Position numbers and translations under genes: made by a program. The notes beneath the pieces are model-generated. The model saw only the letters and a program-made list of their open reading frames with translations. It ran no database searches and was not told the DNA's origin. From assembly GCA_963762565.1 (NCBI GenBank), contig CAVXLD010000005.1, positions 548,338-612,337 on the forward strand: a stretch of DNA of 64,000 nt. Reading direction: 5' to 3'. This DNA comes from an uncultured Verrucomicrobiae bacterium. GTDB taxonomy: Bacteria; Verrucomicrobiota; Verrucomicrobiia; Chthoniobacterales; JAFAMB01. Positions 32,497-42,549 of the stretch are shown piece by piece. Every line of letters begins with the position of its first letter. Position 1 is the stretch's first letter.

Positions 32497-32862
32497 ATGA
32501 GCCAAGAAAAACTACAGGCCTTCGCGGAAGCCGTTAGCAAGAGCGAAGAGCTGCAAAAGCGAGTCGCTTTGATTCAGGCGGAAGCCGCCAAATCGACCGC
32601 CGAAAAGCTCGCCAAGTTGTCTGAGAGTGCCGGTACGCCTTTTACCGCTGAGGAGTACTTGAAGTCAGTGGCGGAGGCATCCGACGAGATGTCTGCGCAA
32701 CAATTGGAGCGAGTGTCCGGTGGAGCTTGGGAGCCGAATAGCAGAAACATTCTTATGTCTATTTTTACTTTGGGCAGCGCCTGTGCCATCTCTGCGCTGG
32801 AATCGGCGATAGGGGGAGATGTCGATAAGTGTCAGATAAAGCCTCTTGGTCGAGGGAGATAA
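32497..32862 (+). CDS. Nif11-leader precursor 3
   Basis: core AWEPNSRNILMSIFTLGSACAISALESAIGGDVDKCQIKPLGRGR. Confidence 0.92.
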   Translation: MSQEKLQAFAEAVSKSEELQKRVALIQAEAAKSTAEKLAKLSESAGTPFTAEEYLKSVAEASDEMSAQQLERVSGGAWEPNSRNILMSIFTLGSACAISALESAIGGDVDKCQIKPLGRGR

Positions 32863-33334
32863 CTGACCGTGCCAGGCGCCCAGGCTGAAGAGTATTTCGA
32901 GAGCGAGGGTCGCGGTTTCCTGCCCTCGGACCACTACCAGCGGCATGCCGGGTGCTCTGGAGTCGATGAACATACCCGGACCGGCTAGTCCGATGGCTTC
33001 CCTCAGAGAGGACTGGCTACCTCGTTCATTGCTCATTCCCTATATGAGGCGGCATAGCAAATAGCAAATTGAGGTTGGCTTCCTCGAACTATTTTCTAAA
33101 CATTTGCCATCGACTTTGCTGTCCTGGATATCTCGCGCACGCTGCAGAAGGACAAGAATCTGCAAGCGTTTTTCCGAAACGGCACGAGATATTCAGGCTA
33201 CATCTGAATCGCCGTTCGTCAGGGTTTGAACCGCCGCTCGTCCCACTCCGGTTGCTGGGCGTTTCTCGCCGCAATAATCTAGCCGCACATCGACACGCAA
33301 TATTGATCATGTGAGCAACAACCATTTAATAAAG

Positions 33335-33422
33335 AACGACCGCCGAAAAGCTCGCCAAGTTGTCCGAGAGTGCCGGTACGCATTTTACCGCCGAGGAGTA
33401 CTTGAAAACGGTGGCAGAGTCC
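33335..33422 (+). pseudogene. internal Nif11 leader fragment
   Basis: TTAEKLAKLSESAGTHFTAEEYLKTVAES without start or core. Confidence 0.75.
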
Positions 33423-33449
33423 ACAATCGATAAAACGAGAAGCAAGATC

Positions 33450-33812
33450 ATGAGCCAAGAAAAACTAAAGGCCTTCGCGGAGGCCGTTACCAAGAGCGAA
33501 GAGCTGCAAAAGCGAGTCGCTTTGATTCAGATGGAAGCGGTCAAATCGACCGCTGAAAAGCTGGCAAAGTTGTCCGAGAGTGCCGGTACGCCTTTTACCG
33601 CTGAAGAGTACCTACGGTCAGTTGCGGAGTCGTCAGAGCAGCTTTCCACGGAACAATTGCGTAGTGTGGCCGGTGGTGGAGACAACCTTATTGACGACAC
33701 ATTTGGCGAAATTCTGCTTTCGGCTTTAAAAGGTTTTAGTAACAACTGCGTAATTGACGCGGCTCGTTCGATCGTAGATCCTAAGCCCGGCTTCGGGTGT
33801 TTATTCCCTTAA
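33450..33812 (+). CDS. Nif11-leader precursor 4
   Basis: core GDNLIDDTFGEILLSALKGFSNNCVIDAARSIVDPKPGFGCLFP. Confidence 0.92.
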   Translation: MSQEKLKAFAEAVTKSEELQKRVALIQMEAVKSTAEKLAKLSESAGTPFTAEEYLRSVAESSEQLSTEQLRSVAGGGDNLIDDTFGEILLSALKGFSNNCVIDAARSIVDPKPGFGCLFP

Positions 33813-33869
33813 TGACTGTTGGCTAACGACACCAACATGGGGGCGCGAGGTTCGGCTCAGGTTGCCATC

Positions 33870-34079
33870 GTGATTTGCTGCCTCGAGAAGCAGCTCGATT
33901 CGGCCGCATCGGCCACAGCACAGATGGCTTGCCGGGAAATTTGGTCCCGCCGTGGCGTCGCCCACTGCAGCCTGTATTTCCTCTCGAACCTCAGGCGTCC
34001 CACCGCCGAACTGGGCCAGTCTGCCAAGACCGATACCTGCCGGACCTGCACACCACCCGTACATGAACGCTTTCTGGCC
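33870..34079 (-). pseudogene. inverted fragment of a lanM paralog (cyclase WCxG..CCG region)
   Basis: 70 codons, 59 identical to LanM residues encoded at 48563-48772. Confidence 0.88.
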
Positions 34080-34375
34080 TTGCTCGCCGATAAGTGTCAA
34101 TAGGGACATGAAATTAGCCTGCAGACTCATGTCCCCTGTCGGTATGGCCAGTGCGATCACGCGGTGAGTCAGACAGATGCCAGTTTTGCGCTGGCAGAAC
34201 GCCTCAATGCCCACATCTGAGCCGCCGCTTGTCAGGGTTTGGACCGCCGCTCGTCCCAATCAGGTTGCTGGGAGCAGTTCGTCACGGTAGATATGACCGA
34301 ACATTGCCGCCCAAGTTGTTGATGTGAGCGATAATCAATTTATTAACAACCATCAATAAGACCCGAAGCAAGATC

Positions 34376-34729
34376 ATGAGCCAAGAAAAACTCCAGGCCT
34401 TCGCGGAGGCCGTTAGCAAGAGCGAAGAGCTGCAAAAGCGATTCAATTCGATTCAGGTGGAAGCCGCCAGAACGACCGCTGAAAAGCTGGCCAAGTTGTC
34501 TGAGAGCGCCGGCACGCCTTTTACCGCTGAGGAGTACTTGAATTCAGTGGCAGAGTCATCAGAGGAGATGTCCGCGCAACAATTGCATAGCGTGGCCGGT
34601 GGAGTTTGGGAGCCTTCGTTCGGCAACATTTTTACCTCTATCATGAGTGTAGGGTTAGGGTGCGCAATCGCGGCGGCCGGTTCGGCCATAGAGCGGGGAG
34701 GCGTTGATAACTGCCAAATTAAGTTTTAA
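34376..34729 (+). CDS. Nif11-leader precursor 5
   Basis: core VWEPSFGNIFTSIMSVGLGCAIAAAGSAIERGGVDNCQIKF. Confidence 0.92.
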   Translation: MSQEKLQAFAEAVSKSEELQKRFNSIQVEAARTTAEKLAKLSESAGTPFTAEEYLNSVAESSEEMSAQQLHSVAGGVWEPSFGNIFTSIMSVGLGCAIAAAGSAIERGGVDNCQIKF

Positions 34730-34942
34730 AGGACAGCAGGCAGATGCCAGTTTTGCGTTGGCAGGACGCCTCAATGGCTACATCTGAGCTGCCGCTTGTC
34801 AGGGTTTGGACCGCCGCTCGTCCCAATGAGGTTGCCGGGAGCAGTTCGTCACGGTAGATGTGGCCGAACATTGCCGCCCAAGTTGTTGATGTGAGCGATA
34901 GTCAATTTATTAACGACCATCAATAAGACCCGAAGCAAGATC

Positions 34943-35284
34943 ATGAGCCAAGAAAAACTCCAGGCCTTCGCGGAGGCCGTTAGCAAGAGCGAAGAGCTGC
35001 AAAAGCGAGTCGCTTTGATTCAGATGGAAGCGGTCAAATCGACCGCTGAAAAGGTCGCCAAGTTGTCAGAGAGTGCCGGCACGCCTTTTACCGCTGAGGA
35101 GTACTTGAAATCGGTGGCAGAGTCATCAGAGGAGATGTCCACGGGACAATTGCGTAGCGTGGCCGGTGGAGCCTACGAATTTGCGGACTTTGTCAAGACG
35201 CTTGCTATGGAGGGCGGGTGCGTGTTGCAAGCGATTTCGGCCATAGCACGGATTTCCAAAGAAGGCCCCAAACTCCCCTGTTGA
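34943..35284 (+). CDS. Nif11-leader precursor 6
   Basis: core AYEFADFVKTLAMEGGCVLQAISAIARISKEGPKLPC. Confidence 0.92.
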   Translation: MSQEKLQAFAEAVSKSEELQKRVALIQMEAVKSTAEKVAKLSESAGTPFTAEEYLKSVAESSEEMSTGQLRSVAGGAYEFADFVKTLAMEGGCVLQAISAIARISKEGPKLPC

Positions 35285-35360
35285 TACGGCCAGTGCGATC
35301 ACGCGGTGAGTCAGACAGATGCCGGTTTTGCGCTGGCCGAACGCCTCAATGGCCACATCT

Positions 35361-35434
35361 GAACCGCCGCTTGTCAGGGTTTGAACCGCCGCTCGTCCTA
35401 ATCAGGTTGCCTGCGCAGCTAGCCACGGTAATCT
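35361..35434 (+). promoter_or_regulatory. representative LytTR-type promoter: GAACCGCCGCTTGTC-N7-GAACCGCCGCTCGTC, then TTGCCT-16-TAATCT
   Basis: 22-bp period direct repeat (35361, 35383) directly upstream of sigma70-like -35/-10 hexamers. Confidence 0.7.
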
Positions 35435-35496
35435 AGCCCGATTTGGTCGCCCCAAGTGGGCGATGCGAGCAGAGTTAATAGACGAAAGACACCATC

Positions 35497-35856
35497 ATGA
35501 GCAGACAAACCCTTACGGCATTTGCCGAGGCAGTGAGTAAGAGCCAGGAATTACAAAAGCAATTGGCTTCGATTCATCAGGAAATAGCTCAGTCAAGAGC
35601 AGAGAAGCTGGCCGAGCTATCCGAGAGTGCCGGTACCCCGTTTACTGCTGAAGAGTACCTACGGTCAGTTGCGGAGTCGTCAGAGCAGCTTTCCGCGGAA
35701 CAATTGCACACAGTAGCCGGCGGAGTGTGGGAACCGTCGTTTGAGAATGTTTTCACGTCTTTAATCATGCTTGGCGTAGGTTGTGCCGGGGCTGCGATAG
35801 CCTCGGCAGCACAAGGGAACGTGGACAAATGCCAACCTGAAAAATGGCCGACTTAA
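35497..35856 (+). CDS. Nif11-leader precursor 7
   Basis: core VWEPSFENVFTSLIMLGVGCAGAAIASAAQGNVDKCQPEKWPT. Confidence 0.92.
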   Translation: MSRQTLTAFAEAVSKSQELQKQLASIHQEIAQSRAEKLAELSESAGTPFTAEEYLRSVAESSEQLSAEQLHTVAGGVWEPSFENVFTSLIMLGVGCAGAAIASAAQGNVDKCQPEKWPT

Positions 35857-35901
35857 ACAAACTATCAATTAACAACAATTAATAAGACGAGAGACAAGAT
35901 C

Positions 35902-36258
35902 GTGAGCCAAGAAAAACTCCAGGCCTTCGCGGAGGCTGTTAGCAGGAGCGAAGAGCTACAAAAGCGATTCGCTTCGATTCACGCGGAAGCCGCCAAGTCA
36001 ACCGCTGAAAAGCTCGCCAAGTTGTCTGAGAGTGCCGGTACCCCCTTTACTGCTGAAGAGTACCTACGGTCAGTTGCGGAGTCGTCAGAGCAGCTTTCCG
36101 CGGAACAATTGCATACAGTAGCCGGCGGAGTGTGGGAACCGACGGCGGACAATATTGTGCTCTCTACGTTAACCTTTGGCATAGCTTGTTGGGGAGCAGC
36201 GGTGCTCTCGGCACTATCGAAAGGGGACCCTGACAAATGCCAAATTGCGAAGCGCTAG
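35902..36258 (+). CDS. Nif11-leader precursor 8
   Basis: core VWEPTADNIVLSTLTFGIACWGAAVLSALSKGDPDKCQIAKR. Confidence 0.92.
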   Translation: MSQEKLQAFAEAVSRSEELQKRFASIHAEAAKSTAEKLAKLSESAGTPFTAEEYLRSVAESSEQLSAEQLHTVAGGVWEPTADNIVLSTLTFGIACWGAAVLSALSKGDPDKCQIAKR

Positions 36259-36308
36259 ACTTGAACAAACTATCGGTTAAAAACAATTAATAGACGAAAG
36301 ACACCATC

Positions 36309-36683
36309 ATGAGCAAACAGACCTTTACGGCATTTGCCGAGGCAGTGAGTAAGAGCCAGGAATTACAAAAACAATTGGCTTTGATTCAGCAGGAAATAGC
36401 TCAGTCAAGAGCAGAGAAGCTGGCCGAGTTATCCGAGAGTGCCGGTACCCCCTTTACGGCTGAAGAGTACCTACGGTCAGTTGCAGAGTCGTCAGAGCAG
36501 CTTTCCGCGGAACAATTGCATACAGTAGCTGGCGGAGTGTGGGAACCGTCGCCTAAGAATATTGTCGGCTCTATATTCATGCTTGGCATAGGTTGTGGCA
36601 TAGCTGCGGCGATCTCGGCAGGAAAAGGGGACGTCGACCAATGCCAACTTGGATCAGGTCCGATGGGTGGCGCCCCTACTTGA
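36309..36683 (+). CDS. Nif11-leader precursor 9
   Basis: core VWEPSPKNIVGSIFMLGIGCGIAAAISAGKGDVDQCQLGSGPMGGAPT. Confidence 0.92.
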   Translation: MSKQTFTAFAEAVSKSQELQKQLALIQQEIAQSRAEKLAELSESAGTPFTAEEYLRSVAESSEQLSAEQLHTVAGGVWEPSPKNIVGSIFMLGIGCGIAAAISAGKGDVDQCQLGSGPMGGAPT

Positions 36684-36761
36684 TTACAGGGCCGAAGTAA
36701 ATAGCCCCAGACGTGAACAAACTATCAATTAACAACAATTAATAAGACGACAGGCAAGAAC

Positions 36762-36800
36762 ATGAGCCAAGAGAAACTCCAGGCCCTCGCGGAGGCTGCC
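36762..36800 (+). pseudogene. truncated precursor start
   Basis: MSQEKLQALAEAA interrupted by an inverted cassette. Confidence 0.75.
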
Positions 36801-36959
36801 ATTGCGAGAAACGCCCGGCAACCGGATTGGGACGAGCGCCAGCCCAAACCCTGACAAGCAGCGATTTGAAGCTAGCCCTTGAAGAGGTCCGCCAGGGGAG
36901 AGTTGCCACCGCCTTAAATACCGCCCATGCTTCCGCCTGGGCGTTACAGGGTGTCAGCG

Positions 36960-37307
36960 CTAACTAGTTGGGTCACATGAGGGGTCGTTTCCTCCCAGCA
37001 CGGCCGAACCTATCGCAACGGCAAAACAGCCAACAGCGAAAGAGGCAAATGAAATGGCTATCGCCACCCCAATGTTAACGCCACCGGACACATTCCGCAA
37101 TTGGTCCGCTGACAACTCCGGTGAAGACTCTGCCACTGACTGCAAGTACTCCTCGGCAGTAAAGGGTGTACCTGCACGCTCGGACAACTTCGCTATCTGC
37201 TCGGCTGTCGATCTCGCAACTTCCACTTGAACCGAAACCAATCGTTTTTGTAGCTCTTCGCTCTTGCTAACCGCTTCGGCAAAGGCTTGTAGCTTTTCTT
37301 CGTTCAT
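36960..37307 (-). CDS. Nif11-leader precursor 10 (inverted, divergent)
   Basis: core VNIGVAIAISFASFAVGCFAVAIGSAVLGGNDPSCDPTS. Confidence 0.92.
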   Translation of the reverse strand: MNEEKLQAFAEAVSKSEELQKRLVSVQVEVARSTAEQIAKLSERAGTPFTAEEYLQSVAESSPELSADQLRNVSGGVNIGVAIAISFASFAVGCFAVAIGSAVLGGNDPSCDPTS

Positions 37308-37504
37308 AATCGGGTTGTTTATCGTTTGTTCTGATTGTTGCTCACATTACCAACTTTTGGCGGCGATGTGAGGCGAGATTACGATGACGAAAAACGCCTG
37401 GCAATCTGATTGGGACGAGCGGCGGTTGAAACCCTGACAAACGGCGACGCAGATGTAGCCCTTAAAGAGGTCTGCCAGCGGAAAGCTAATATCGCCCAAT
37501 GCTG

Positions 37505-37576
37505 GTTGCGGAGTCGTCAGAGCAGCTTTCCGCGGAACAATTGCATACAGTTGCCGGCGGAGAAGGGAAACCGACG
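37505..37576 (+). pseudogene. leader 3' fragment
   Basis: VAESSEQLSAEQLHTVAGGEGKPT fused to the next cassette. Confidence 0.75.
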
Positions 37577-37754
37577 TACCAGTTTTGCGCTGGCAGAACG
37601 CCTCAATGGCTACATCTAGGCCGCCGCTCGTCAGGGTTTGAACCGCCGCTCGTCCCAATCAGGTTGCCTGCGCAGTTAGCTAGAGTAATCTAGGCCGATT
37701 CTGGTCGCCCCGAGTGGGCGATGCGAGCAGAGTTAATAGGCGAAAGGCACCATC

Positions 37755-38117
37755 ATGAGCAAAAAAACCCTTACGGCATTTGCCGAGGCAGTGAGTAAGA
37801 GCCAGGAATTACAAAAACAATTGGCTTTGATTCAGCCGGAAATAGCTCAGTCAAGAGCAGAGAAGCTGGCCGAGCTATCCGAGAGTGCCGGTACCCCCTT
37901 TACTGCTGAAGAGTACCTACGGTCAGTTGCGGAGTCGTCAGAGCAGCTTTCCGCGGAACAATTGCATACAGTAGCCGGCGGAGTGTGGGAACCGACGGCG
38001 GAGAATATTCTGGCCTCTATATTCTTCATTGGGCTAGGTTGTGCCATGGCTGCGGGACTCTCGGCAGGAAACAAAGGGGACGTGGACAAATGCCAATTTA
38101 CTGGTCGGATGTGGTAA
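37755..38117 (+). CDS. Nif11-leader precursor 11
   Basis: core VWEPTAENILASIFFIGLGCAMAAGLSAGNKGDVDKCQFTGRMW. Confidence 0.92.
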   Translation: MSKKTLTAFAEAVSKSQELQKQLALIQPEIAQSRAEKLAELSESAGTPFTAEEYLRSVAESSEQLSAEQLHTVAGGVWEPTAENILASIFFIGLGCAMAAGLSAGNKGDVDKCQFTGRMW

Positions 38118-38211
38118 CCGCCCTTCGGCTTGATTACAGGGCCGAAGTAAATGGCCCCAGACTTAAACAAACTATCAATTAACAACAATTAATAAGACGA
38201 GAGACAAGATC

Positions 38212-38586
38212 ATGAGCCAAGAAAAATTCCAGGCCTTCGCGGAGGCTGTTAGCAAGAGCGAAGAGCTGCAAAAGCGATTCGCTTCGATTCAGGTGGAAGC
38301 CGCCAAGTCGACCGCCGAAAAGCTCGCCAAGTTGTCCAAGAGCGCCGGTACACCCTTTACGGCTGAGGAGTATCTACGGTCAGTTGCAGAGTCGTCAGAG
38401 CAGCTTTCGGCGGAACAATTGCATACAGTAGCCGGCGGAGTGTGGGAACCGACGGCTGGGAATATTTTGGGCTCTATATTCACCATTGGCATAGGTTGTG
38501 CCGCGGCGGTGGCAGTCTCGGCGGCATTCGAAGGGGACGTGGACAAATGCCAACTTGGAAAAGGGCCCGTGACTACGGGCGGCTAA
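38212..38586 (+). CDS. Nif11-leader precursor 12
   Basis: core VWEPTAGNILGSIFTIGIGCAAAVAVSAAFEGDVDKCQLGKGPVTTGG. Confidence 0.92.
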   Translation: MSQEKFQAFAEAVSKSEELQKRFASIQVEAAKSTAEKLAKLSKSAGTPFTAEEYLRSVAESSEQLSAEQLHTVAGGVWEPTAGNILGSIFTIGIGCAAAVAVSAAFEGDVDKCQLGKGPVTTGG

Positions 38587-38813
38587 TGCAATTCTCGGAT
38601 GTAAGCCTTAGATGTAACCAGTTTTGCGTTGGCAGAACGCCTCAATGGCCACATTAGAGCCGCCGCTTGTCAGGGTTTGGACCGCCGCTCGTCCCAATCA
38701 GGTTGCCGAGAGCTGTTCGCCACGATAGATGTCGCCGAACATCGCCGCCCAAGTTGTTGATGTGAGCGACAATCAATTAACTAACCACCAGCAATAAGAG
38801 TCGAAGCAAGATC

Positions 38814-39170
38814 ATGAGCCAAGAAAAACTACAGGCCTTCGCGGAAGCCGTTAGCAAAAGCGGAGAGTTGCAAAAGCGATTTAATTCGATTCAGATGGAA
38901 GCCGCCAGATCGACCGCCGAAAAGCTAGCCAAGTTGTCCGAGAGTGCCGGGACGCCTTTTACCGCTGAGGAGTACTTGAAATCGGTTGCAGAGTCAGCAG
39001 AGGAGATGTCCACAGAACAATTGCATAGTGTGGCCGGTGGAGTTTGGGAGGCGAATTTTAAAAACATTTTTGACTCAATTATTAGTGCTGGCATCGCGTG
39101 CATAATCCACGCGGCTGTCTCGGCAGGACATCTGGGCGACGTGGATAAGTGTCAACCTTCAAGATCTTGA
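38814..39170 (+). CDS. Nif11-leader precursor 13
   Basis: core VWEANFKNIFDSIISAGIACIIHAAVSAGHLGDVDKCQPSRS. Confidence 0.92.
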   Translation: MSQEKLQAFAEAVSKSGELQKRFNSIQMEAARSTAEKLAKLSESAGTPFTAEEYLKSVAESAEEMSTEQLHSVAGGVWEANFKNIFDSIISAGIACIIHAAVSAGHLGDVDKCQPSRS

Positions 39171-39264
39171 TTCGACTCAGCGCGAAATCGAGATTTTTCG
39201 AACGAGAGAAACCTGTTCCGAGTCTCCAACGTTAACCAACGATTGATAAACGAGGGAGCAACCC

Positions 39265-39482
39265 TCGAGCACAGAAAAACTTCAGGCCTTCGCGGAGGCT
39301 GTTAGCAAGGGCGAAGAGCTACAAAACAATATATTTCGATTCAAGTCGAAATAGCCAGATCGACCGTCGAAAAGCTCGCCGAGTTGTCAGAGAGTTCCGG
39401 TACGCCCTTTTACCGCTCAGGAGTACTTGAATTCAGTGGCAAAGTCATCAGAGGAGGTGTCCACAGAACAATTGCGTAGTGC
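39265..39482 (+). pseudogene. decayed Nif11 leader (no start, indels, core deleted)
   Basis: STEKLQAFAEAVSKGEELQ...STEQLRS joined directly to next cassette. Confidence 0.8.
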
Positions 39483-39664
39483 GACACGGGCACTTTTGCG
39501 CTGGCCGAACGCCTCAATGGCCACATCTGAACCGCCGCTTGTCAGGGTTTGGACCGCCGCTCGTCCCAATCACGTTGCCTGCGCGGTTAGCCACGGTAAT
39601 CTAGCCGTATTTCGTCGCCCCAAGTGGGCGATGCGACAGCAATTAATAGATGAGAGACAAGAAC

Positions 39665-39982
39665 ATGAGCCAAGAAAAACTAAAGGCCTTCGCGGAGGCT
39701 GTTAGCAAGAGCGAAGGGCTGCAAAAGCGATTCGCTTCGATTCAGGTGGAAGCGGCCAAATCGATCGCTGAAAAGCTGGCCAAGTTGTCCGAGAGTGCCG
39801 GTACGCCTTTTACCGCTGACGAGTACTTGCACTCGGTGGCAGAGTCATCAGAGGAAATGTCCGCGCAACAGTTGCAGAGCGTGGCGGGTGGAGTTTTTTT
39901 GGAGCAGTCGCCGGTCGAAAACATCCTGACCTCTACCTTTGAGCAGGTCGCTGGTGATTACCAATTCAAGAGTTGCGGATAG
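39665..39982 (+). CDS. Nif11-leader precursor 14 (short, single-Cys core)
   Basis: core VFLEQSPVENILTSTFEQVAGDYQFKSCG. Confidence 0.85.
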   Translation: MSQEKLKAFAEAVSKSEGLQKRFASIQVEAAKSIAEKLAKLSESAGTPFTADEYLHSVAESSEEMSAQQLQSVAGGVFLEQSPVENILTSTFEQVAGDYQFKSCG

Positions 39983-40133
39983 AATAATCCCTTAACGATG
40001 AGCGAGCCGCAGCAGCCGCACGATGATTTCAACTAGGGTCACGTCTTAACGGGCTGTTGCCGAAATGGATCATTACCCGGCAAGATCACAAAGTTCACAA
40101 AGACGGACTTTTTGAACAGAAGTTCTGTCGACC

Positions 40134-40637
40134 TTACTTTTGTTCCAGAAGCGGCAGTATCTCGGACTCGAAAACCCCCTGGCTCACGGCGCCTAGATGA
40201 GACGTGACGATGTTACCTTTGCGATCGAGGACAAAGGTTACCGGGACGGCGGTGACACCTCCATAATCGGCTGCGGTTTTTTCGTGGCCAAGTACGACCG
40301 GATAATTAATTCCGACCTGCATCACAAATGGCTTCACATCAGACGCTTCAGTCTCCACAGAAATACCTATCACGGTCAATCCTTGGGCAGCATACTTTTT
40401 CTGCAGTGCAATAAATCCTGGGATCTCCACTCGGCACGGCGGGCACCAGAACGCCCAAAAATCTAAAATCACAACTCTCCCTTTAAAGTCGGAAAGCTTC
40501 ACAGTTTTGCCGTCGAGATCATTTAGTTGCCACTCTGGAGCTTGGGTTGTGGCTGCGTTTGCCCGGTATAGCGGGCCCTCGAACAAAAGGATTCCGGCGA
40601 CCGCAACGCCAATAGAGAGATAAAAATTCCTGCTCAT
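40134..40637 (-). CDS. TlpA/ResA family thiol-disulfide redoxin
   Basis: signal peptide, LSDFKGRVVILDFWAFWCPPC, VPVTFVLDRKG. Confidence 0.9.
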   Translation of the reverse strand: MSRNFYLSIGVAVAGILLFEGPLYRANAATTQAPEWQLNDLDGKTVKLSDFKGRVVILDFWAFWCPPCRVEIPGFIALQKKYAAQGLTVIGISVETEASDVKPFVMQVGINYPVVLGHEKTAADYGGVTAVPVTFVLDRKGNIVTSHLGAVSQGVFESEILPLLEQK

Positions 40638-40904
40638 AAACGGATAGCAGTTTTATAGCCTATAGAACCATGCTGCGCACCAATTATTCCCACGACACCC
40701 ACTCTAAAAACCTCGAACAATGAAGGGTCCGTTGATCATTTGTTGTGGAACCCTAGTTTCTTCGCCTTCTTTAAATCACAGGAAGCCGCTTTACCGTCGC
40801 CAAGCACATGATAGGCATAGCCTCGACTGTGGTAAGCTCGGTCCAGGTCCGATTTGAGTCGAACGGCTTCGGTGTAATATCGGCAATGGCCCTTTCGTAC
40901 TGTC

Positions 40905-41774
40905 TCAGAATGAATCGCTCTTGACGGCGAGTCCGATGGGTCCGGGCAGCCCTTTGATGAAGCTGGGGCTAATCGCGGCTCCGGTGGTGGCGTCGTATTT
41001 GCCAACCGTGCCGACGAATTCGTTCGCCACGAAGAGGATGTTGCCCGACACCGCGAATCCTTCGGGTCCGGGCAGCCCTGTGATGAAGTTGGGGCTAATC
41101 GCGGCTCCGGTGGTGGCGTCGTATTCGCCAACCGTGTTGTCTGCGTTCGCCACGAAGAGGATGTTGCCCGACACCGCGAGTCCGACGGGTCCGGGCAGCC
41201 CTTTGATGAAGCTGGGGCTAATCGCGGCTCCGGTGGTGGCGTCGTATTTGCCAACCTTTTTGCCTGCGTTCGCCACGAAGAGGATGTTGCCCGACACCGC
41301 GAGTCCTTCGGGTATGCTCAGCCCTGTGATGAAGTTGGCGTTAATCGCGGCTCCGGTGGTAGCCTCGTATTTGCCAACCGTGTTGCCTGCGTTCGCCACG
41401 AAGAGGATGTTGTCCAACACCGCGAGTCCGATGGGTCCGGGCAGCCCTGTGATGAAGCTGGGGCTAATCGCGGCCCCGGTGGTGGCGTCGTATTTGCCAA
41501 CCTTGTTGCCTGCGTTCGCCACGAAGAGGGTGTTGCCCGACACCACGAGTCCTTGGGGTATGCTCAGCCCGGTGATGAAGCTGGCGTTAATCGCGGCTCC
41601 CGTTTTGGCGTCATATTTGCCCACGACCCCAATGAGTGGGCTTCCAGCAAACCCGGTGACATACAGCTGTGCGCAGGCGTTTCTTGGCATGGCCCAAAGC
41701 GCGGCAGCGGCGATAAGAAATGCGTATAAAGCGCGCAAAAGGGGCCCCCAATTTGAGGTGAGGGTTGTCTTCAT
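40905..41774 (-). CDS. secreted tandem-repeat (beta-propeller-like) protein
   Basis: signal peptide then six 41-aa repeats GKYDATTGAAISPSFITGLPGPxGLAVSGNILFVANAGNTV. Confidence 0.8.
   Translation of the reverse strand: MKTTLTSNWGPLLRALYAFLIAAAALWAMPRNACAQLYVTGFAGSPLIGVVGKYDAKTGAAINASFITGLSIPQGLVVSGNTLFVANAGNKVGKYDATTGAAISPSFITGLPGPIGLAVLDNILFVANAGNTVGKYEATTGAAINANFITGLSIPEGLAVSGNILFVANAGKKVGKYDATTGAAISPSFIKGLPGPVGLAVSGNILFVANADNTVGEYDATTGAAISPNFITGLPGPEGFAVSGNILFVANEFVGTVGKYDATTGAAISPSFIKGLPGPIGLAVKSDSF
40921..41620. repeat. 123-bp coding tandem repeat, six units
   Basis: unit anchors at 40981, 41107, 41230, 41353, 41476, 41599. Confidence 0.9.
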
Positions 41775-42189
41775 GGCTTTGTTCTGTCTTGGTTCAGCGT
41801 GAAAGTGAAAAGTCGGTGCTTGGCCGCCCGGCTGAGCAGATCAATTGTCGAATCGCGTACACATTCAACCAGCGGAGTATTGCCGATGAGCGAGAGAATC
41901 GCCTGGTTTTTTAGGGGAGTTGCTTGGAGGGCGCCGGAACCCATGTAATGAGTTTCCAGCCGGGACACAAGCTGTGTCAAGCAAGATAGTTCAAGGTTCA
42001 AAGTTCGACGTTCCAAGTTCCAGGCTACATTTGAGTCGCCGCTTGTCAGGGTTTGGACCGCCGCTCGTCCCAATCAGGTTGCCGAGAGCTGTTCGCCACG
42101 GTAGATGTCGCCGAACATCGCCGCCCAAGTTGTTGATGTGAGCGACAATCAATTAACTAACCACCATCAGTAAGACTCGAAGCAAGATC

Positions 42190-42549
42190 ATGAGCCAAGA
42201 AAAACTACAGGCCTTCGCGAAAGCCGTTAGCAAGAGCGAAGAGTTGCAAAAGCAATATCTTTCGATTCAAGTCGAAATAGCCAAATCGAGCGCCGAAAAG
42301 CTCGCCAAGTTGTCAGAGAGCGCCGGGACGCCTTTTACCGCTGAGGAGTACTTGAACTCGGTGGCAGAGTCATCAGAGGAGATGTCCACAGAGCAATTGC
42401 ATCGTGTGGCCGGAGGACTTTCCGCAGCGGAAGAAATTTATATTGCGTCGTCTATATTGACTGCGGGCATGACTTGTTGGGTTAAGGCGATCGTGTCGGC
42501 CTCAACTCAGGGTGGCGCCGAAAAATGTGTTGAATTACCCGGACTTTAG
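42190..42549 (+). CDS. Nif11-leader precursor 15
   Basis: core LSAAEEIYIASSILTAGMTCWVKAIVSASTQGGAEKCVELPGL. Confidence 0.92.
   Translation: MSQEKLQAFAKAVSKSEELQKQYLSIQVEIAKSSAEKLAKLSESAGTPFTAEEYLNSVAESSEEMSTEQLHRVAGGLSAAEEIYIASSILTAGMTCWVKAIVSASTQGGAEKCVELPGL

Noticed and set aside
40921..41802. 293-aa plus-strand repeat ORF
   Set aside because: It is the antisense shadow of the minus-strand repeat protein, which has a signal peptide.
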